Below, piece after piece: positions 34,360-39,236 of a stretch of 39,236 bases of DNA (positions within the stretch are counted from its first letter, which is position 1; the number at the start of each line of letters is the position of its first letter). The stretch covers positions 62,078,762 through 62,117,997 of the forward strand of contig NC_068986.1 of the NCBI RefSeq assembly GCF_001194135.2, written 5' to 3'. Below the pieces are notes generated by a model. That model was not told the origin of the DNA and did not search any database. It worked only from the letters and a program-made list of their open reading frames with translations. The DNA is from Octopus bimaculoides (lineage: Eukaryota). A program made the position numbers and the translations under genes.

Positions 34360-34407
34360 GTCTCTGATGAAGGGATATCCCTGATATTCCAGAAACAGCT
34401 GTAAGAC
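34360..34407 (+). ncRNA. Minimal type-I hammerhead ribozyme (PLE pseudo-LTR type)
   Basis: Stem I GUCU/AGAC; core CUGAUGA (34364-34370); 8-bp stem II 34372-34379/34383-34390; GAAA (34392-34395); palindromic stem III ACAGCUGU; GUA triplet with cleavage predicted after 34403. Confidence 0.75.
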
Positions 34408-34921
34408 TAAGGTTCACTCTATAAATGTTCTGAAAATTCCACAGTCTTGGCTTTGTTGTCTCATTTTATTTAAAATATACATGCTCATACAAGACCCGCA
34501 TTAGACCTCTCACTTGTATCATTATCGAACTGAGAGTTTAACTATGGTCCTTCCATAGTACTTACATTGTGCTACCTGCTACTTTAGGTCTTCTGGATAC
34601 CAATACCTCCTATATATATATANNNNNNNNNNNNNNNNNNNNNNNNNNNNNNNNNNNNNNNNNNNNNNNNNNNNNNNNNNNNNNNNNNNNNNNNNNNNNN
34701 NNNNNNNNNNNNNNNNNNNNNNNNNNNNNNNNNNNNNNNNNNNNNNNNNNNNNNNNNNNNNNNNNNNNNNNNNNNNNNNNNNNNNNNNNNNNNNNNNNNN
34801 NNNNNNNNNNNNNNNNNNNNNNNNNNNNNNNNNNNNNNNNNNNNNNNNNNNNNNNNNNNNNNNNNNNNNNNNNNNNNNNNNNNNNNNNNNNNNNNNNNNN
34901 NNNNNNNNNNNNNAATACATA

Positions 34922-35172
34922 CAGTGTACATTTAAACACATAAGAGAGATGTCCTTAATAGGATACCTAACTCGCTAGAAGGAGCAGTCAAACTTCAAAC
35001 CACAATTAGGGGTAATTTCGAAAGGAGATGAAAAATAAAAACATTTACCATCTATTTCTTGAACCATGGTTTCAAGCTAAATAGCTAATTGTGGTTTGGA
35101 GTTTGACCGCTCCTTCTAGCGGGTTAGATGTCCTATTATGGACATCTCTCTTATGTGTTTAAATGTACAGTG
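34922..35172. mobile_element. Tc1/mariner-type MITE with ~88-bp TIRs and TA TSD
   Basis: Arms 34922-35009 and 35085-35172 are reverse-complementary with a few mismatches. Flanked by TA (34920-34921, 35173-35174). Left terminus CAGTG. Confidence 0.75.
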
Positions 35173-36531
35173 TATGTATTTATATGAATAATATATAGTC
35201 TATTGACTAGTTTTTTCTTCTCGCTAGACCACTGGTAGCAAAAAGAATTTCTAAATTTTTTTGCTACCCTGAGATTTATTAATAAATATATATATAGTTG
35301 ATCTGATTAGTTAAGACAAATGTTAAATGTTAGCAAATATACACAAACAAAATAAAGGTTTTAAAAATAAACAGCTTGCAAAATAGTAAGGGTGTATTTA
35401 TCTTTTTTATAACTGTCTCCTATAAAATAAGAATAGACGGAATCTTGAAGTTTGATTTATTTATCTAATGTGAAGATGGTAATAGTATACTTTGAAAGCT
35501 ACAGTTAAATAGCTTCATCATTTTCTTCTTTGGAAATATTATGCAATGTTTAATTGATTTTAGGTTTATCCTTTCCATTTATTACATCATCTATTTTTTA
35601 CATTGTATTAAAACCTATATTTTAAAATCTAATTTTATAAGCTACTTTGTGTTCAGAAAATCTTCTCTTTAGCTCACTCTCAGAGTCTTATGTTTTTCAT
35701 GGTTACTCTCTACTTTAGCTATTTTTGGATTATGAAAAAGCTAGTCTAAAGTCAAACCCATTTGCAAGTCATAGTGGAATGAGTTGTATGCAGAGTGAAC
35801 ATATTTATAGCATTTAAGAATAAACATGTCCATTCTCAAAACATCAATTAAGAAAATATCTTTCAGCTATCAAGCTAATGAAGAAACTTAAGTAGGTAAA
35901 TATAATAGTCAAATTTTCCTCGGTAGGAAAACAAACTTACTGCCTTTAAAATAGGGACCTTATGTTGAAGTCTTGAAAGACTTGATCTTAATATAGCTTA
36001 TAGTAAAAACAAAATGGCTCAGTTTACTTTAACGAGCTGTTATGTGAAACTCAAACAGAACAGGACTACAGCATCAAGTATTCTCAACGATTTAATGGTT
36101 TATATTTGCTATTTTCTCTTGTGTGGTATGTTTTCTTTTTGTTATAATCACACATGAATTTTTTTGTTTTGTCTTTCATTATCTATTAATTAACCTTTAT
36201 TAATTTTATTTAATCTTATATTTATGAATGCATTTCATTTCAGCTGTTTTTTTTTCTTTCTTTCTTCTCTTTCTAAATAGTACTAGTTTAACACTCTGGC
36301 ATAAATGGAACACTGTAAAAAGAAAAGCAGACAAACGTTTTTATCCAGTAATGAAAATGATGAATTAATTATGATTAGATTATAATGACTAATGTTATAT
36401 GAATTCCTTGATAAATACAACATGTCTACATGTATTAATTCTAGTTTTATCTACAGTTGAATGAGTGAATTGAATATTTCAATCAATTTAATAATGTGAA
36501 TTAATTAAAACAATATCATTAAATTTTACAG

Positions 36532-36725
36532 GAGTCAGATGGAGAAACATTCCAGGGTTTCATCAAAGTAACTTTGAATTTGATTCGACCAATCACAATG
36601 TCTCTTGGTGCACGACCACCTTCCATTTATGAAGTACTCACTCGAGAGCACATTGTGGAGCAAAATACCCAATCTATTTCATTCTACATGCCTCGAGATA
36701 CTGTTAAATCTATCCATGTAGATAG
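36532..36725 (+). CDS. RASSF1: RASSF1/3/5-like protein, exon encoding the start of the RA domain
   Basis: TTTTACAG acceptor and AG|GTAAG donor, 194 nt, phase 0/2. ESDGETFQGFIKVTLNLIRPI..RPPSI..SFYMPRDTVKSIHV matches RASSF1 KDGSYTGFIKVQLKLVRPV..KPPSL..SFYLPKDAVKHLHV. Missed by the ORF track because it has no start codon. Confidence 0.92.
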
Positions 36726-37129
36726 GTAAGCTTTTTCTGATGTAATTTTAAACTATTCTAACTTTTTTCTCTTTCATTTCACAAAAAGAAAAACAGTAAT
36801 TTTTTGTCTAAAGCTAAAATTAGTTTGTGTTGTGTCTATGGAGAATCATTATTGCCAATATTATTAAAACATGTACTGGTTCAATTCTACTCCTTTATTA
36901 TTTGTCTATTAGTTAAATATCCAACTGCCTAATCGATTAATTGTTTAACTTGGTTAAACAGTGAGTTATTTGTTTTTTTTTTGTTTTTTGTTTTTTTGTG
37001 TCAAAGCTCTTTCATTGCTATTTGAAACCTTTTCAATGACTATTCTCTTCGTGATTATAGAGGCTGCATTTGTCTGTCTGAGATCTTGTTCCATACATGT
37101 GTGCTTGCATATAATTTGTATGTATGTAT

Positions 37130-37431
37130 GCATTTATATTGTGTGTGTGTATATATGTATATATATATTTATATTATATATATATATATATGTATTATAT
37201 TTATATTATATATATATATATGTATTATATTTATATTATATATATATATATGTATTATATATATATGATATATATATATATTATTTATATTATATATATA
37301 TATATGATATATATATATTATTTATATTATATATATATATTATTTATATTATTTATATTATATATATATATTATTTATATTATATATATATGATATATAT
37401 ATTATTTAATTTATATTATATATATATTATT

Positions 37432-37471
<40 letters not shown>

Positions 37472-37591
37472 NNNNNNNNNNNNNNNNNNNNNNNNNNNNN
37501 NNNNNNNNNNNNNNNNNNNNNNNNNNNNNNNNNNNNNNNNNNNNNNNNNNNNNNNNNNNNNTTATATATATATATTATGTATATGTATGTT
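37130..37591. repeat. (AT)n-derived microsatellite with higher-order ~30-bp periodicity and an internal gap
   Basis: Directly visible (TATATATATGTATTATATTTATATTATATA repeats). Confidence 0.9.
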
Positions 37592-39236
37592 ATCATCATC
37601 ATCATCATCGTTTAACGTCCGCTTTCCATGCTAGCATGGGTTGGACGATTTGACTGAGGACTTGTGGACCAGGGGGAAACACCAGGCTCCAATCTGATTT
37701 GGCAGAGTTTCTACAGCTGGATGCCCTTCCTAACGCCAACCACTCCAAGAGTGCCACCAGCACGAGGGCCAGTCAGGCAGTACTGACGACGGCCATGCTC
37801 GAAATGGTGTATTTTATGTGCCACCTGCACAGGAGCCAGTCCATCGGCACTAGCAACGATCTCGCTTGAATGTCTTTTCACGTGCCACTGGCACAAGTAC
37901 CTCAGAGGCGACGTTGGTAACGATCAACGGCTACGCTCAAAATGGTGTATTTTACGTGCCACCTGCATAGGGGCCAGTCCATTGGCACTGGCAACGATCT
38001 TGCTCGAATGTCTTTTCACGTGCCACTGGTAACGATCATGCCGGTGCTATTTATGTGCCATCAGCACGGATGCCAGACAGCTGCTCTGGCAATGATCACG
38101 CTTGGACAGTGCTCCACTGGTACAGGTGCCATCACAATTTCGCTTTCGCTTGCCCCAACAGGTCTTTACAAGGAGAGTTTAGTGTCCAATGAAGGAATGT
38201 TACACGTAAGTTGGCTGGCTACATCCCTGGTAGAGGCCTTGGATTTTGGTCTCACTTGGCTTGCCGGGGTCTTCTCACGCAGGTCACGGTCACAAGTCAT
38301 TGCCTCGGTGAGGCCTAATGTTCAGAGGTTGTGCTTCACCACCACATCCCAGGTCTTCCTAGGCCTGCCGCTTCCACAGGTTCCCTCAACCGCTAGGGTG
38401 TTGCACTTTTTCACGCAGCTATCCTCAGCCATTCTCGCCACTTGTCCATACCAGCGCAATCGTCTCCCTTGCACACCACAACTGATGCTTCTTCTGTTCA
38501 ACTTTTCTCTCAAGATACTTACACTCTGTCCACTCTGTCGGGTATGCACACTGACATTACTTATCCATCGGAGCATACTGGCTTCATTCCTTGCAAGCTT
38601 ACGCATGTCCTCAGCAGTCACGGCCCATGTTTCACTGCCATGTAGCATGGTTGTTCGTACACATGCATCATACAGTCTACCTTTTACTCTGAGTGAGAGG
38701 CCCTTTGTTGCCAGCAGAGGTAAGAGCTCTCTGAACTTTGCCCAGGCTATTCTTATTCTAAGCAGCTACACTTTCAGCGCACCCACCTCCACTACTAACT
38801 CGGTCACCCAAATAGCGGAAGCTATCAACTACCTCTAGTTTTTCTCCCTAGAGTAAGACAGAAGTTGTTTTCTGCATATTTACAGTGTTTATAGCACCTG
38901 AACATCTCCCACATACAAAAACTAACTTCCTAGTTAACCTGCCTTTGATATTGCTGCACCTCTTATGTGTCCATAGCTTGCACTGGGTACATCTTATAGA
39001 GTTTCTACCTACGCCTTTGCTACAGATCGAGCAGGGCCATCTACCTGAAGGGGTTTGTGTGTTGTCTACCTTCCTACTTATTAGGACTTTGGTTTTAGCT
39101 AGGTTGATTCTAAGGTCCTTCGATTCTAGTCCCTGCTTCCACACCTGAAACTTCTCCTCTAGTTCTGATAGTGACTCAGCAATTAGTGCAAGGTCATCAG
39201 CATAGAGGAGCTCCCAGGGGCATCCTGTCTTGAATT
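37592..39236 (-). mobile_element. RTE-clade LINE (RT C-terminal half and 3' UTR), continuing beyond the window
   Basis: PWELLYADDL (YADD at 39193-39204), GRWPCSIC..CTQCKLWTHKRC, HGSETW, RLRWYGQV, GRPRKTW. 3' end GGACGTTAAAC(GAT)n at 37592. Contains frameshifts and stops. Confidence 0.95.

Noticed and set aside
37942-38838. 298-aa + strand ORF (also 5116-5472, 5888-6235, 11323-11737)
   Set aside because: Antisense or UTR frames of RTE copies.

Overview
AT-rich, repeat-dense animal genomic DNA with 8 N-gaps. The SINE/RTE repeat families look like octopus/cephalopod ones (from recall, not a database search). The only host gene I can support is a + strand RASSF1/3/5-type (Ras-association/SARAH family) gene. 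It has two confident coding exons (17751-17900, 36532-36725) separated by an ~18.6 kb phase-0 intron, plus a candidate upstream exon (16500/16641-16721). The rest is mostly mobile DNA: several RTE LINE copies and tails, tRNA-derived SINEs, three Penelope-like element (PLE) fragments, a full-length decayed pogo DD35D transposon, a decayed CR1/Jockey-type LINE, a Helitron-like non-autonomous element, MITEs and many (AT)n/(AC)n microsatellites. The most notable observations are: (i) a 287-bp near-perfect palindrome in the RASSF intron whose two arms each fold into a minimal type-I hammerhead ribozyme with an unusual G3:C8 core; (ii) a second, canonical-core minimal hammerhead at 34360-34407; (iii) an RTE copy with twin-priming-like 5' inversion geometry; (iv) a MITE with an 8-bp TSD whose centre carries one telomeric four-G-tract unit on each strand. 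Most ORFs in the supplied track are microsatellite, N-gap or antisense-TE artefacts.
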